A stretch of 64,000 bases of DNA from Macrostomum lignano (lineage: Eukaryota). The notes below the pieces were generated by a model. The model was not told the DNA's origin. It saw nothing but the letters and a program-made list of their open reading frames with translations, and ran no database searches. Below are positions 13,851 through 26,214 of the stretch, piece after piece (position 1 is the first letter of the stretch; the number at the start of each line of letters is the position of its first letter). Location of the stretch: positions 62,001 through 126,000 of the forward strand of contig NIVC01000441.1 in the NCBI GenBank assembly GCA_002269645.1, read 5' to 3'. A program made the translations under genes and the position numbers.

Positions 13851-14176
13851 TCAAATCCATCACTAATATGTACCTTAGTAGTTTGTGCCTCTCCTATTCA
13901 AAACTTTCTAGATCTACAAATGAATAAAAACAGTACTATTTACATGGTACCATATAAATAATGAGTGCTAGTACTAATACTAAGCCCTTATTAGGGCCAA
14001 TGGCCAACTAGGCTAGGCCTAGTGCAATTTTTTTGCTAGTAAAAATCAAATTATCTATCAATGGTCAATGGAAAGTTGTCAATGTCAAGTTTCAAGTGGT
14101 AAATGCCTTTTTATAGGTATTAATAGTAAGCTAAGCAAGCCAGCTAGGCAAATGTTGCTATAATTTACATAGGGCC

Positions 14177-14449
14177 TAGTGGCATAGCCAAGGAGGCCAA
14201 GGGGGCCGCCCCCCTCCCCCCCCCCCAATCGCCTAGGGGGTGGGGTTGGGCATGGTGGATACCAAAACCAGGAGGCAATTGAGTGCCTGTGACACCAAAA
14301 TGAGTGCTTGCGGCATCAAAATGAGTGCCTGTGGCATTAAAATGAGCACTTGTGGCACCAAAAGTGGCAATGGCATTTAATGGCAAAAGGCATGACTAGC
14401 CAGGCCAACCTGGCCCCCTTCCCAATTGAAATTCCTGGCTACACCATTG
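14177..14449. mobile_element. hAT-type MITE with internal ~21-bp repeats
   Basis: TIRs TAGTGGCATAGCCAAG and CCTGGCTACACCATTG. Perfect 8-bp TSD ATAGGGCC at 14169-14176 and 14450-14457. Confidence 0.8.
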
Positions 14450-16732
14450 ATAGGGCCTATCTAACTTTTCTCCTAGATGGCTACCAACTCAAATGTGGGA
14501 CTTATATACATCAATGTAGAATTTTCTATAGATTATATTTTACATAGATTATAAAGATAAAAAAGCATACTAACCTTGCTTTGCACATTGTCAAAGCACT
14601 TTTTGTGATACAATCTTGCCTACAAGCCAAAAATTGGACTGCTACAACTCTGCCAGTCACACTGAGGTTGAAAAACTTATGTACCAGTACCTTAGCTGCT
14701 TTTTGGCATTGTCTAGGGTAGTAGTTATGAGCCCAATATTTTTCAAGTAGCTAAATATATCAATCTGACTAAAAGTATTTACAAGGTTGCAATTGATTAT
14801 TTTGCAAGCTTAATTGATTGATAGTTCTCTTCTAGATAAAAAATCTTGATGGTTGATGGTTTTTTTCTTTCTTTTCAGTTTTTTTAGTTGTGCAAGCCAA
14901 ACTTTTATGAGTAGTAGAGTATTGCTATAGCATGGATTGAACCTTAGAGCTAGAAAAAGTATCAAAAAACATAAAAATATAGGTTTTCTACATGTATATA
15001 TATGTAGTTAGCATGTTATTTAAACTAGTAAATATTAATGAAAATTTTTTGAGGCATGAAAAAAATGGCCCTTTGCTAATCATAGCACTGCCTATCAGAA
15101 GCAAAAGCAATACCATTTTTTGCTAGAAAAATGAAAACTACTATCTTCATAGTGTATTTTTTGATAAAAAACCTGCCTAAAATTTTCAAGAAATTTAGTT
15201 TCTTGTCCTTATTTATAGTAGGTTTGTATGTATAGCTACCATGTCCCTAGTATTTTAGACCACTATATAAACATGGTAGCTATGCCCTTGAATAGCTATT
15301 AAAAGATTAAACTCCTAAGCAAAAGTAGGAACACAGTGTTAAGATTAAGACAGAATTTAAGAATTGTTAAAGGTACATGATTAGGTTTTAAAAGAATACA
15401 CTTTGGATTTCAAATTATCTGTTGTACAAAATATTTTCAAATATATATAGCAAAAATTAAAAGTGTGTTTAATGTTTATTAATATTGTTTGATTGTCATT
15501 ATTTAAGGCATTTTAACCCAAAGCATAATGGCATAAATTTTGTACCAAATTAGAACATTGAACTGCTAGAAAATTTAGGTAAAACATTATTTTGACCAAA
15601 GCTACTTTGTTAGGCTATATTTAAAGCAGTTAATATTTGCTTTTAATTTAATCCTTACTCCTATTACACTAATTAGATAACAAAGTAGGTACAAATTAGG
15701 TAAGCCCTATCCTAAAGCCCTTTTGAAAGACATTGGACTAATGCCTAGGCCTTCTCTAATAGCCTGACCAAGGCCAGCTTCCTGACTTATTAACTAGTGT
15801 TCTGCTGTAATGAGGGTCTATGTACTGTAGCCATAGCTGTAAGTAAAACTATGGCATATTCTAATTATCCATATTCCATAGCCATAGGGACCCCAATGTT
15901 ATCATATTCCCATAGTTCCTATAGCTGTAGCTGTAGTTTTAACAAAAAGTCTAGAAAACAAAATATTTTGAAACAAGAAGATAACTTGGTGCTTAAACAA
16001 TTGCAAATTAAGCTAGAAAATAAAAGAAACACTCAATTGCCTTTGTAAGATTATATTTTGTCTTTTTACAGAGCAATAATACTTAATAATTACTGAAAGT
16101 ACTAATGCTGAACTTTTTCATAATAATAAAAATTAGAGTTTGCTAGTGTTTTGTAATTTATTGTGTATATTTAATAAGTTTTTAAGTTGACAAAACAATT
16201 TACTAAAGTATCTTTGTTTTACTCTACCTGTTTCTAATATTTTTTCAATTTTTTAAATTAATAACTATGGCTATGGAAGTCTACAGAATATGACAGCAAC
16301 TACTATATTTCCATAGTTTTAGCCATAAGAGCAGCTAGCTACCGTAGGCATATCCATAGCTACTGTAGGCACCTATTTTTACCATATTTGCTATAGGATC
16401 TATGGCTATAGCAGAACACTATTATGAACTATTCATCAGTCTTCTTCTTGTAATAGTAGTGTTCCGCTGTAGCTATGGCTATGGGATCCTACGGCAAATA
16501 CGGTAAAATAGGTGCCTATGGCAGCTACAGAAATGCCTATGGTAGCTAGCTGCTCTTAAGGTTACGACTATGGAAATATGGTAGTTGCTGTCACATTCCG
16601 TAGATTCCCATAGCCGTAGTTATATGTTAAAAATTGAAAAAAATATTAGAAACAGGTGGAGTAAAACAACTTTTAAATAAAAGTACTAAATTTACTTTTA
16701 GTAAACTGTATTATCAACCTAGAAACTTATAA

Positions 16733-19700
16733 TGTTATGTCTTCTTTTACACCGAAGAAAGACGGAAGATAGTGTTTGAGCGTTTGCGAGCTTATGCCAC
16801 TCGAGAGCATAGCCGTTTCAGAAACTTAATATATTTCTTTGGCTCGCAAGCCGTCTCAAGCATTTAATACTGTACCGAGTATCTAGAGTTTCAACCCTAG
16901 ACACTTTAGAAGCAGAAAGCAAACAAGGCCAAAGTCTATAAGAAGTCAGAAGTCACGTCACAACATCCCTCTTCCTTTCAATCTTGAGCCTGATACCTCT
17001 CCGGCGGTCTTCGCGTTCGCTGAGGGTATCTGCGATCCGCCATCGGTTGATCCTCAGAACTTGGAGGTTCTCTCACTGGCTCATTCGTTGCCTCGGCTCT
17101 GTCCCTGACATGGTCACGGTGCACGACCAGATCTCGTCCTTGCTCGTCCCGCACTCGTCTCAACTGTTCGCCGACAGCTTCGCGCAGCACTCCTTCCCTC
17201 CACTCCTTGTTAAACGGATCCTGGACCCAGACTGGGCTGTAGGCTTGGTCAATCCGCTTGTCTTGAAAGGACCGACGGTGCAGCAGTGAGAGTCTCGTGT
17301 TGAACTCGCGCCCAAACATTTCTCGGCACGGCGCGACTCCGTTGGCTCTTGGACAGACTCGCACCGCGTACAAAGCCTGTTGCATCCGAACCTCCGGATC
17401 TGGGTCATTCAGCTGCTTCAGCTTGGTCTTCAGCTTTTTCACTGCAGCCTCTGCTACGCCATTTGATGCGGGGTGGTAGCGGGGAGACTTCAGGTGTAAC
17501 ACTCCTATCCGCTTCAGCCAGGCCTCCGTCTCATGCGCCACAAACTGTCGTCCGTTGTCAGTGACTAGTACATCTGGGATGCCAAAGTTGCAAAATGTTC
17601 TGCGGAGTACTCTGATGACCGATGTTGCATCGATTTCGCGCACCCATTCGGCAGCGATGAATCCCGTCTTGGTGTCTGAAACCACCAGAAAGTTGCTTCC
17701 ATCCAGTTGTCCCAGGTCAGCGTGCACTCGGCACCAAGCCTCCTTTGGTACTGGCCATGGTTTGAGCACCGATTTCTGGGATGGTCTCATGCGCTGGCAT
17801 GTGTGGCATTCCAAAATGCACTTTTCTATCTCTGTCTCCATTAGCGGCCACCAGACATACTGGCGGGCCCATGCCTTCATGGCTTGCATTTCGGGATGGG
17901 AACAGTGGAGAAATTGGGTGACTTGCGCTCGGAACTTCACCGGGATGACGATCCGATAGTCCAGTAGCAGTAGATGGTCGCTGCAATTCAGTCTGCACTG
18001 TACTCTTCTGTATGAGTCTGGCACGTCCTCACCAGATCGCAACCTCTGTAGATTGTCTTGGATCTCCTTGTCCTCCTTGGACGCCTGCTCCATCTGATCC
18101 TTCGTGATTGGTCCATCTTCTGACAGGGCGATGTCCACCGCAGCAACTTCGTTAACCGCTTCAGTCGCCGTTTTGTCGCTCCAGTTATTTCCGTCAGTTG
18201 GTAGTCTCGACAACGTGTCGGCATGAGGAATTTCGTGCATTCTTTTGCCTCTGACTAGGTACTGGTACGTAGCCAGCAACTCAGCCCAGCGCTGAACTCT
18301 CTTACTTGCTCTCTCGGGCAGGTCTTTGTGTGATGCAAATAAGAATTCTAGAGGCTTGTGATCGGTCACAATCACAAAACTCCGATAAGCTAGGAATCGA
18401 TTTAGCTTCTTAACGCACCAGACCACTCCGAGGGCTTCTCGTTCTAGCTGGCTGTATCGCGACTCCGCAGATGCGAGTTTCTTGGACACAAACGCTACAG
18501 GCCTTCCATTCTGCTCCAGCACTCCTCCAATGCCGTAAGGCAATGCATCTGTAGTCAGAGTTAGCTCCTTACTTGGATCATACGGCGCTAGCACCTGCCT
18601 TGATGTAATGTCCTGCTTCAATTGCATCACGGCCTTCGTGTGTTCTTGTTGCCATGTCCAGCTGACATCTTTCTTCAGCAAGTTATACAGAATGGCAGTC
18701 TTCATGGCCACTTGCGGGATGAACGGCGCATAGAAATTTATCAGTCCCAGAAATGTTCTCAGCTCTTCCTGGTTTCTTGGATCTTCCATGCTTTGTATTG
18801 CCGTCACCTTATCCTCGTTCATGCAGCATCCCTCCTTTGAGATCTTAAGGGCTAGAAACTCGACCTCTTCCTTGTCGAACTGGCACTTCTTAGCATTCAG
18901 TGTGATGTCATTTTCTTGCAGCCTTTTAAGTATTATTTCTGTCTTCTCGGCTAAATTTTCCTGGTTTTTTCCACAGACTAGAATGTCGTCAATGAACACC
19001 ACCACTCCGAGGACATCCCAAAGCAACTCGCATAGTGTGTTCTGAAACAATCCAGGAGCAGATGACAGTCCGTATGGTAATACCCTGTACCGAAAGTAAC
19101 CAAAAGGTGTTGCGATAGTAGTGATATCCCGTGAGTCCTCGCACAGCTCCAGGTTATGGTATGCATCCTTCAAATCTAGCACAGTGAAATGGCTGCATCC
19201 TGAGATGGCTCGTTGCACATCCGCCTTTGTTGGCATATTGATTGGCGGTAGCCGCAAAAACTGGTTGACCCGTCTATAGTCTCCACATAGCCTGATGTCT
19301 CCCGAGCTTTTGGGAATGACCACAATCGGACTAGCGAACACCGGCTGTTCTACTTTTTCAATTATCTTCCGCTTTTCCAGATCTTCTAATCTTTCCTTAA
19401 CGGCTGGTACCAGCGAAAATAGGAGTGGTCAGGCCTTCGATACCACCGGTCTCGTGTTTTCTCGTACTTCCAACTTCACTTGAATTCGCTTATAAGCCAC
19501 TGAAGCTTGACAACGGCGTTTGGTAACTTCGATACCCAAACTACTAAACCAATTTCGGCCAATAACCGGCTTTGCATTCATGTCCATGACTACCATAGGT
19601 AATGAGCACTTACTTTCATCTTCGGTCTGAACTCGAACATCTGCGGTACTACATACTGGTAGGTCTTGTCCTCCGTATGATGTTAGTCGACAATTTGGGT

Positions 19701-20934
19701 CTGTCCAATGCAGTCCTAGTTGTTCAGCCAAAATCTTAGAAATGCAGGTCACTGATACATCAGAGTCCACCATCATAGCAACGTCCTTATCGTTCAGTTT
19801 TACATTGATCCAGACACTTGATCTGTCCCAGTCATCGCATAGGCTAAAAAGCTCATTGTCCTTGGCTGGTTCATCCTCCTCCTCGATTCCTGCACACTCG
19901 CATTGACAACTTTCCTTTAATGGAGCCAGATGCCATCCTTCCATGTGAGCTAGCTTGCTTGTTAAGCTTACATGCAGCTTCAAAATGGTTTATTTTCCCA
20001 CATTTTCGACATTTTGCTCCAAACGCAGGGCATGCCTTTGGCAGGTGCCTCTTCATACAGAAATTGCAAGCCTTGCTGAATGTGCGTCCTTGAGCTTGGG
20101 CCCTGTTTTGTTGTCGTACTCTGCCCTGTTTACTCTCTACTGTTTCCACCTTTCCATTAGCGCTTAAGGCACTCTTGCTTACTTGCTCTTGCACCATGGC
20201 AGTCTCCACCGCCAGCTCCAGGGTCAGCAGGTCTTTGATAAGCAGCTCTTTCACCACTGACTCACTGCGCAGTCCTGCCACGAATCTGTCTCGCAAAGCT
20301 TCTTGTAGGAAATCTCCGAATTGACATTGGTCTGCTTGAGCACGTAACCTGTTCTCAAAATCTGCTGCTGATTCGTATTCATCTTGCTTCAGTAAGTTAA
20401 ACTTGTAGCGCTCAGCTACAACCAGTTTCTTCTGCAGCACGACATGCTTCTCAATTTCATCCTTCAATTCCTTGAAGGTCTTGTTCTCTGGCTTTGCCGG
20501 AGCGACCAGGTTCCGCAGCTTGTCGTAGGCAGTTTCCCCCATGAGGCTTATGAAGAAGTCGGTCTTGGGCGAAAACCCTTCCTCCTTCTCATCCTTCACG
20601 CCGGATCTCCTGCAGACAGCTTCAAACCGCTCGATCCAGGCCTCGAATTTGTCCTCTGTCCAGGGAAGCTCCCGCAGGTTCTCTTAAGACAGCGACGCCA
20701 TTGTTATGTCTTCTTTTACACCAAAGAAAGACGGAAGATAGTGTTTGAGCGTTTGCAAGCTTATGCCACTCGAGAGCATAGCCGTTTCAGAAACTTAATA
20801 TATTTCTTTGGCTCGCGAGCCGTCTCAAGCATTTAATACTGTACCGAGTATCTAGAGTTTCAACCCTAGACACTTTAGAAGCAGAACGCAAACAAGGCCG
20901 AAGTCTATAAGAAGTCAGAAGTCACATCACAACA
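16733..20934 (-). mobile_element. Full-length but decaying Ty3/gypsy LTR retrotransposon (4.2 kb)
   Basis: 233-bp TG...CA LTRs at 16733-16965 and 20702-20934 differ at 6 sites. PBS TGGCGTCGCTG follows the 5' LTR and PPT AAAGGAAGAGGGA is at 16966-16978. Gag has CCHC knuckles, followed by PR-RT-RH-IN order. Confidence 0.97.
16978..20701 (-). pseudogene. gag-pol of the gypsy element, with disabling lesions
   Basis: Gag ATG at 20701 with TAA at codon 6, a frameshift near 19900-19980, protease DSG changed to DSD, and an in-frame TGA at 19429-19431 (KA*PL for KARP). Then RT (LDLKDAY, FIDD), RNase H (TTDAL, TDHKPL) and integrase (HHCC, DNG, SNGVAE) in the 787-aa ORF. Confidence 0.9.
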
Positions 20935-21276
20935 GTATACCTAAAAAAGTACAATAAAACACTAGCAAACTCTAATTTTTTTAATGTGAAAATGTTCAGC
21001 ATTTGTACTTTCAGTAACGATTAAGTATTGTTGCTCTGAAAAAAGACGAAATATAATCTTACAAAGACAATTAAGTGTTTATTTTATTTCTAATTTAATT
21101 TGCTGTTGTTTAAGCATTAGGTTATCTTCTTGATTCAAAATATTTTGTTTTTTAGACTTTTTCTTAAAACTACGGCTACAGGAACTACGGGAATATAGTA
21201 ATTTTGGGGTCCCTACGGCTATGGAATACAGAGAATTGGAGTAAGCCATAGTTTTGCTTATGGCTACGGCTACGGT

Positions 21277-21641
21277 TTTATTATTATTAGAGGCAGGGGG
21301 GTTGTGTGCACCCTGGCGCACTTTAAGCGACATAGGCACACAACCGGCGAGAGGCATTACTGCCCATTCCGCCGACTCCCCTGAGCAGGCATACAAGCGC
21401 GCGGATACGTACGCAGGCACACACTCACACAGGAGTGTACAGCGGCCCTAACTTTATATTATCGTTAGGCATGTACACTTCACTGCGCCTTGGGGGGTTG
21501 GCTCTCAAGGCCGTTAATTGCACGAGCAGAGCCAAGCCGAGATTCCAATTCAGCCCCAAATTAATGTGACTGCACTTGGAATCGAGCCTGGGTCGCTGGC
21601 ACACCAGAGCAGCTGCGCTACCGCTGGGCTACAGCCCCCCT
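21277..21641 (-). mobile_element. tRNA-derived SINE
   Basis: Minus-strand head GGGGGCTGTAGCCCAGCGGTAG (A box), B box GGCTCGATTCC and (TAA)n tail. 13-bp TSD CTACGGCTACGGT / CTACGGCTATGGT at 21264-21276 and 21642-21654. Confidence 0.85.
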
Positions 21642-22750
21642 CTACGGCTATGGTACATGGACCCTCCTTATGGCGAAACACTATGTAATAGCCTCTCTAG
21701 CTCTAAACAGGGCCAATGATTCTTTCAACCACCATCTTTAGAAACTTTTCAACTTCATTCATCAGCTCCTTTTCACTATAATTTTTGTTGTTCTCTATCA
21801 CTATCAATTGGACCTGCATCCCTCTCCCACACAGAGTATTATCAACAAGCCATGTATTCTTGATGTATTAAATTGGGCTCTCTTTTGCCTCTAGGCATGG
21901 CAAAGGTTTTTTCCTTTAATGCATTTCTTAATTCAAGAAAAAATATTAGCTATATATTGAAGATTTGCTCTTTTTTATTCTCTTTTATTTGTCTTGCTTA
22001 CTACTGAAAGTAGCAATAATTGTGTTAATTTTAAATAATCATAAGAAAGTCAACTATTCGAATAATTCAACTTCAAAGGGTGTACTTAGGAATTTAGCAG
22101 CCAGCTATAGAAATATTCTTTGAAGTGGCCCTTTTGCTTATAGGGACTGTTTTTCCATTGTTATTACATATTTCTAATATTAACGCTTCACAGTTACTTG
22201 GGTATTAGAAAAGGACCTTGTATAAAAGAAACATGAATTGGAAGTTGACTGATTAAAAGTTTCATTTAAAATCAATCAAGTCTGTGAGCTCTGCAGAGTT
22301 GATTGATGCCTTCCCCTCATTTATAAGGGAAGTTTTAGTTTACAGTATATTGAGTTTAATGTGCGAGCTTGCCGTGGTTTATAGCTTAGCTACTAATTGG
22401 CAGCTTGGGGTTGGCTCCCTACCGTTCGCCAGAGGTGCAAAGCTTCCTCAGCCAAATCTCAATCAATCTTAGCCTATCTTAGTCCCGGTTTCACGCGCAT
22501 TCTTCCATCTGCTCTACTTCCGCTTTTTTGCTTTTTCTTGGGAACAGGCAGTTGTTAATAATTTATTAGAGCAGCGGCGAAATGTGCTTGTGTGGGTGGC
22601 CGACTGCCTGCTCCCTGAGCAATATGAGGTAGGATAGATATCTGATTTATGTGCAAAGCTAACGATGTGTTAACCTCAACTGGCCCCTGTGTATCCGTCT
22701 TGAGCATTTAAAATTAGGGTTTTTCAGTTTTCTTGAACTTAATTTTACAC

Positions 22751-23030
22751 GTTCGGTAAGGGTAGGCGATGAGTGGTAACGCGTTGGACTGTCGCAATAA
22801 CGTACCTGAGTTCGATCCCTGGCGTGACTGCATTAATTTGGTGTTAAGACTTCGTGCACGGAACTAAATCTAGAGACCGTGTCGTACAACTCGCGTGCCG
22901 GTAGGCCAACCTTGGTAAGGTATCGGGCTTTATGCCTGACGATGCACAAGTCAGTCAGGGCCACTGTAAACTTGTCCTTGGCCATGTGTGCTCATGCTCA
23001 GAGGTAGCTAAAATGGCATTCGCTTGTTTC
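22751..23030 (+). mobile_element. Probable tRNA-derived SINE (second family)
   Basis: A-box-like GGCGATGAGTGGT, B box GTTCGATCC at 22810-22818, then a non-tRNA body. Boundaries approximate. Confidence 0.6.
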
Positions 23031-23165
23031 TTGTCGACTTTCCACTGTTCAACTTGATTAGCTAATTCCTTAGTTAAGATCTGCTTTTTTCGTAAAGCAC
23101 TGACAAAATTTTTCATTTCTTTGAGTTGAGCTTTTGAGCGACTTGGATGAACTTCTTTTTCACCG

Positions 23166-23612
23166 CACAGATACTAAATAACTAGATGGGCTACTCAGGC
23201 ATATCTGCGTAATAAAACAGCTTTCTACTTTCAGTTCAGTAGCAAAGAAGAATACATAAGCTATTTTAAATAAAGTAAGGCAGCTGAAATGACTGATAAG
23301 TTTAGAAGCCCAAGCTTTTAGGCGTAAACAACTTGCTAATTGGTTTAGCGATAATGTACATTAGCCAGTCTACTAAAATGTACATGGCAGCTTTAGGCTG
23401 GGGTTCCGAGAAAGGCAATAAAAATTGGGACGGGGCGGGGGGTAGTGTGGAAAGGCGCGGTTGCAGGGCTGAGGCTGGTGGGTAAAAGTCAATGAGCATT
23501 CGCTTTAAATTAAAATACATTAAAATGCTTTTGTTTAACCTATACTACTGAACTGAAAGTAGCTTACACGCAAATGTGCTGAGTGGCCCATCTAGTTATT
23601 CTAGTATCTGTG
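23166..23612. mobile_element. MITE with CACAGATACTA TIRs (copy 1)
   Basis: TIRs CACAGATACTA..AGATGGGC(T/C)ACTCAG at both ends; flanks TTTCACCG / GTTCACCG. A second copy is inverted at 60898-61331. Confidence 0.85.
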
Positions 23613-26028
23613 GTTCACCGTTAGAATTATAGACCTTCAAAACCTTCGATATGAATTTTAATTTGAGACTTTATGACAAATATAAGTTTTCGGGCCTGCG
23701 ACCATGATCAAGCTACGTGCGTGCTCTTTAGCCAGTCAGGATCAGGGTGGGTGGTCATCGTTCATTTTTCCCTATTTTCCTTCGTGCTCAAATGCTTATT
23801 GAACTTCTGCTACTTGGTGAAAGGGGCAACAATCGCCTGCCTGCCGTCCTTTGAATTAGTTTGTCCCGCTTTTCATGTTCATCGGCGAACAGATTTTTTT
23901 CTGATTGGCGACCTCTGTTTGCTCAAATTATAACTAGCGATTGATTAACCATGCCAATGTTTATAAAGGCCATCGATTCGATTTTAACTTTGCCTTCGCT
24001 GCACAGCTCAAAGTTTGAACTCACTTAGCCGTGTTTTTTTATAAGGATCCAAAAACAGTACAAAAGCAGATGCAGGCTTGACCATCAGCTTCCTTGGTGA
24101 TAATTTTTATCAAGAGTTTACCTCTGAACGATGGCTATCCAATTAAAAGCAGTTTGAGGCAATTTCTCTAATTTTTTAGTCACCAATAAAACCGCCAATT
24201 TAGAAGAGATAAATAAAAACTAGGATTCTTTGTTCACTAGATTGTTCTGCGTTAACAATTCAGATGAAGCATAGTACAAGGGTACTTTCACACCGTTCTC
24301 ATTTTCACTGAACAGAAAGTACAGCGCCTCGAAATTGGACTCCACCATCCGTGACTCGCCTGTCTCGGTCTTCTTAAAACTTGCCTCCCATCCCACCCCA
24401 ATTCTGCTTGGCCGCGTCCTCCCCTGTCTCCCTTCCCCGCTTTCTGTACTTCTATGCAAATCAAGTTTCCCCACACTCGCCGGGGCAGACATGCTCAGTT
24501 CATTCCCAATTTATTATTCGTACTTGCCCAATCTATCCTTATATTTCAACTTGGCAACCGTCCGACGCCAAATTTCATCTCTCCCGAGCTTCATTTTTCC
24601 TCCTATTGATAATCTGGCGGGCGTAAGTCAAGAAGGTTTGGCCTCGCTCTAATTTCCCCCTCCCCTCTGCCAATCCCAAACTCCATGCCCGATTTGCCGC
24701 TCTTGGCTTCCCCTATTTTTGCGCAGTTGGTCCTGTATCCCGGCCGATTGCTCCGACTGCTCCCATATTCCCATATAGCTTTGGGATTTATTGCTCAAAA
24801 AGCGGGGGCCTGAGTGGCTGCTCTTGTTAGTTGGTAGCTTAATAACCAATTCGGTTGGTAGCTTCCCTTCCCCCTGGGAGACCTGTTTGCCAATTTTCCA
24901 CCGCAAAAGCTTCTTAGGCCCTGCTTTGCGTCTGATTCTGGGAAAATTAAATTTTTGCATTATTTACCTGCGTTTTTTATATCCGCGATGCCAAAATGTC
25001 GTCAACATTTTCAGAAGGATGCCAAGATGCCTCCCCTCGTTAGCTGCTCCCTCTTCCTAGTGAAAATGGGCTGTCATGTACCCTAAAATATATCGCCTGC
25101 GGTGATGAAATCTTGACATCGAGGTTTTAAGGCCTAGTAGCTATCAAGTAGACTTGGCTCTAGCTATACCGGTTAGTTTATAAACCGCCGGCAAATTTAA
25201 TTAGTTATAAGTATCAGTGCTTGAGTAACTATGTTAAAAGGGGCGTGCTCTGGCTTATAGTGCTGAATTATAGTTGTTTGTTAATCTAATCTATAACAAA
25301 CTTCTTAAGTCAGAAAATCAATCAGTACTTGATGTTCTGTTCTCGGTTTTTGATTCGTCCTTTTTGATTGCATTGGGGAATAAAGCTCTGGCTGATAATG
25401 AAGCCTCCTTATTTAGAGACTAGACGGTATAAACAGAAGTGAGTAGGATGTATTGCAACTTTTATATCCTATTCAGCACTAAGTACAGTGGATTCGCGAA
25501 GAAAATAGTCTGCATATCAATTTTGACTTGTTTCTTTTATATATTTGAATTATCTTTTATTTGAATTTGATTAAAATGTTCACAACTTTTCTGCTATTTT
25601 CGAAGACTTAAATCTGTAAAATTGCGGGCAAGAAAGTTGTATTATATGCGATTGAAGTTGAAGTGAAATGTGAAAAATGTGAAAATTCCGGGAGCTGTTG
25701 ATTAATTCAATTCATTTCGGGAATTTTTTCCCGCGTGCTGAACTTCTGAAAAGTTCAAAAAGCAGCTAAAAGTAGAACCTTTTAAAATAGATTTCGGCAT
25801 TTGCCGCCTCAATCAATTACTTTAACGGCTTAAGGCTCTTTCACATCGCCATTGTGTTCAGAGACTAATTTCTGCGTGATCCAGCGGACCGCGGTTTTTA
25901 CTTATTTTTACACAGCTTTCATCGCTTCACATCATCAGAAATCTGTTATTAGGGATGTGTCGATAGCGAGATATTACTTGTAGGGGCTTGGTAGCTGAGG
26001 ATTCGAATGAGCATATGGCACCACCACA

Positions 26029-26214
26029 ATAGCGTCCCTAACGATTGTGTACTCAAGATGGCGCCCCCATGATAGCGTCTCTAACGATTGTGTACTCAAG
26101 ATGGCGCCCCCATGATAGCGTCCCTAACGATTGTGTACTCAAGATGGCGCCCCCATGATAGCGTCCCTAACGATTGTGTACTCGAAATGGCGCCCCCACG
26201 ATAGCGTCCCTAAC
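26029..26214. repeat. 43-bp tandem repeat x4+ upstream of RPL26
   Basis: Unit ATAGCGTCCCTAACGATTGTGTACTCAAGATGGCGCCCCCATG. Confidence 0.92.

Larger units (their letters stand above)
15795..21685. mobile_element. Large palindromic foldback element (~630-bp arms), right arm interrupted by an LTR element and a SINE
   Basis: 15795-16425 is the diverged reverse complement of 16450-16732 + 20935-21276 + 21642-21685, with a ~25-nt spacer. The arms are rich in (C)CGTAG/CTATGG subrepeats. Confidence 0.8.

Noticed and set aside
14575-14940. Minus-strand stop-riddled frame ending ...YHKKCFDNVQSK with a GTTAGT donor, possibly a hypermutated gene relic
   Set aside because: I cannot assign a family by eye; it needs a tBLASTx/HMM search after reverting TAA/TGA/TAG to CAA/CGA/CAG.
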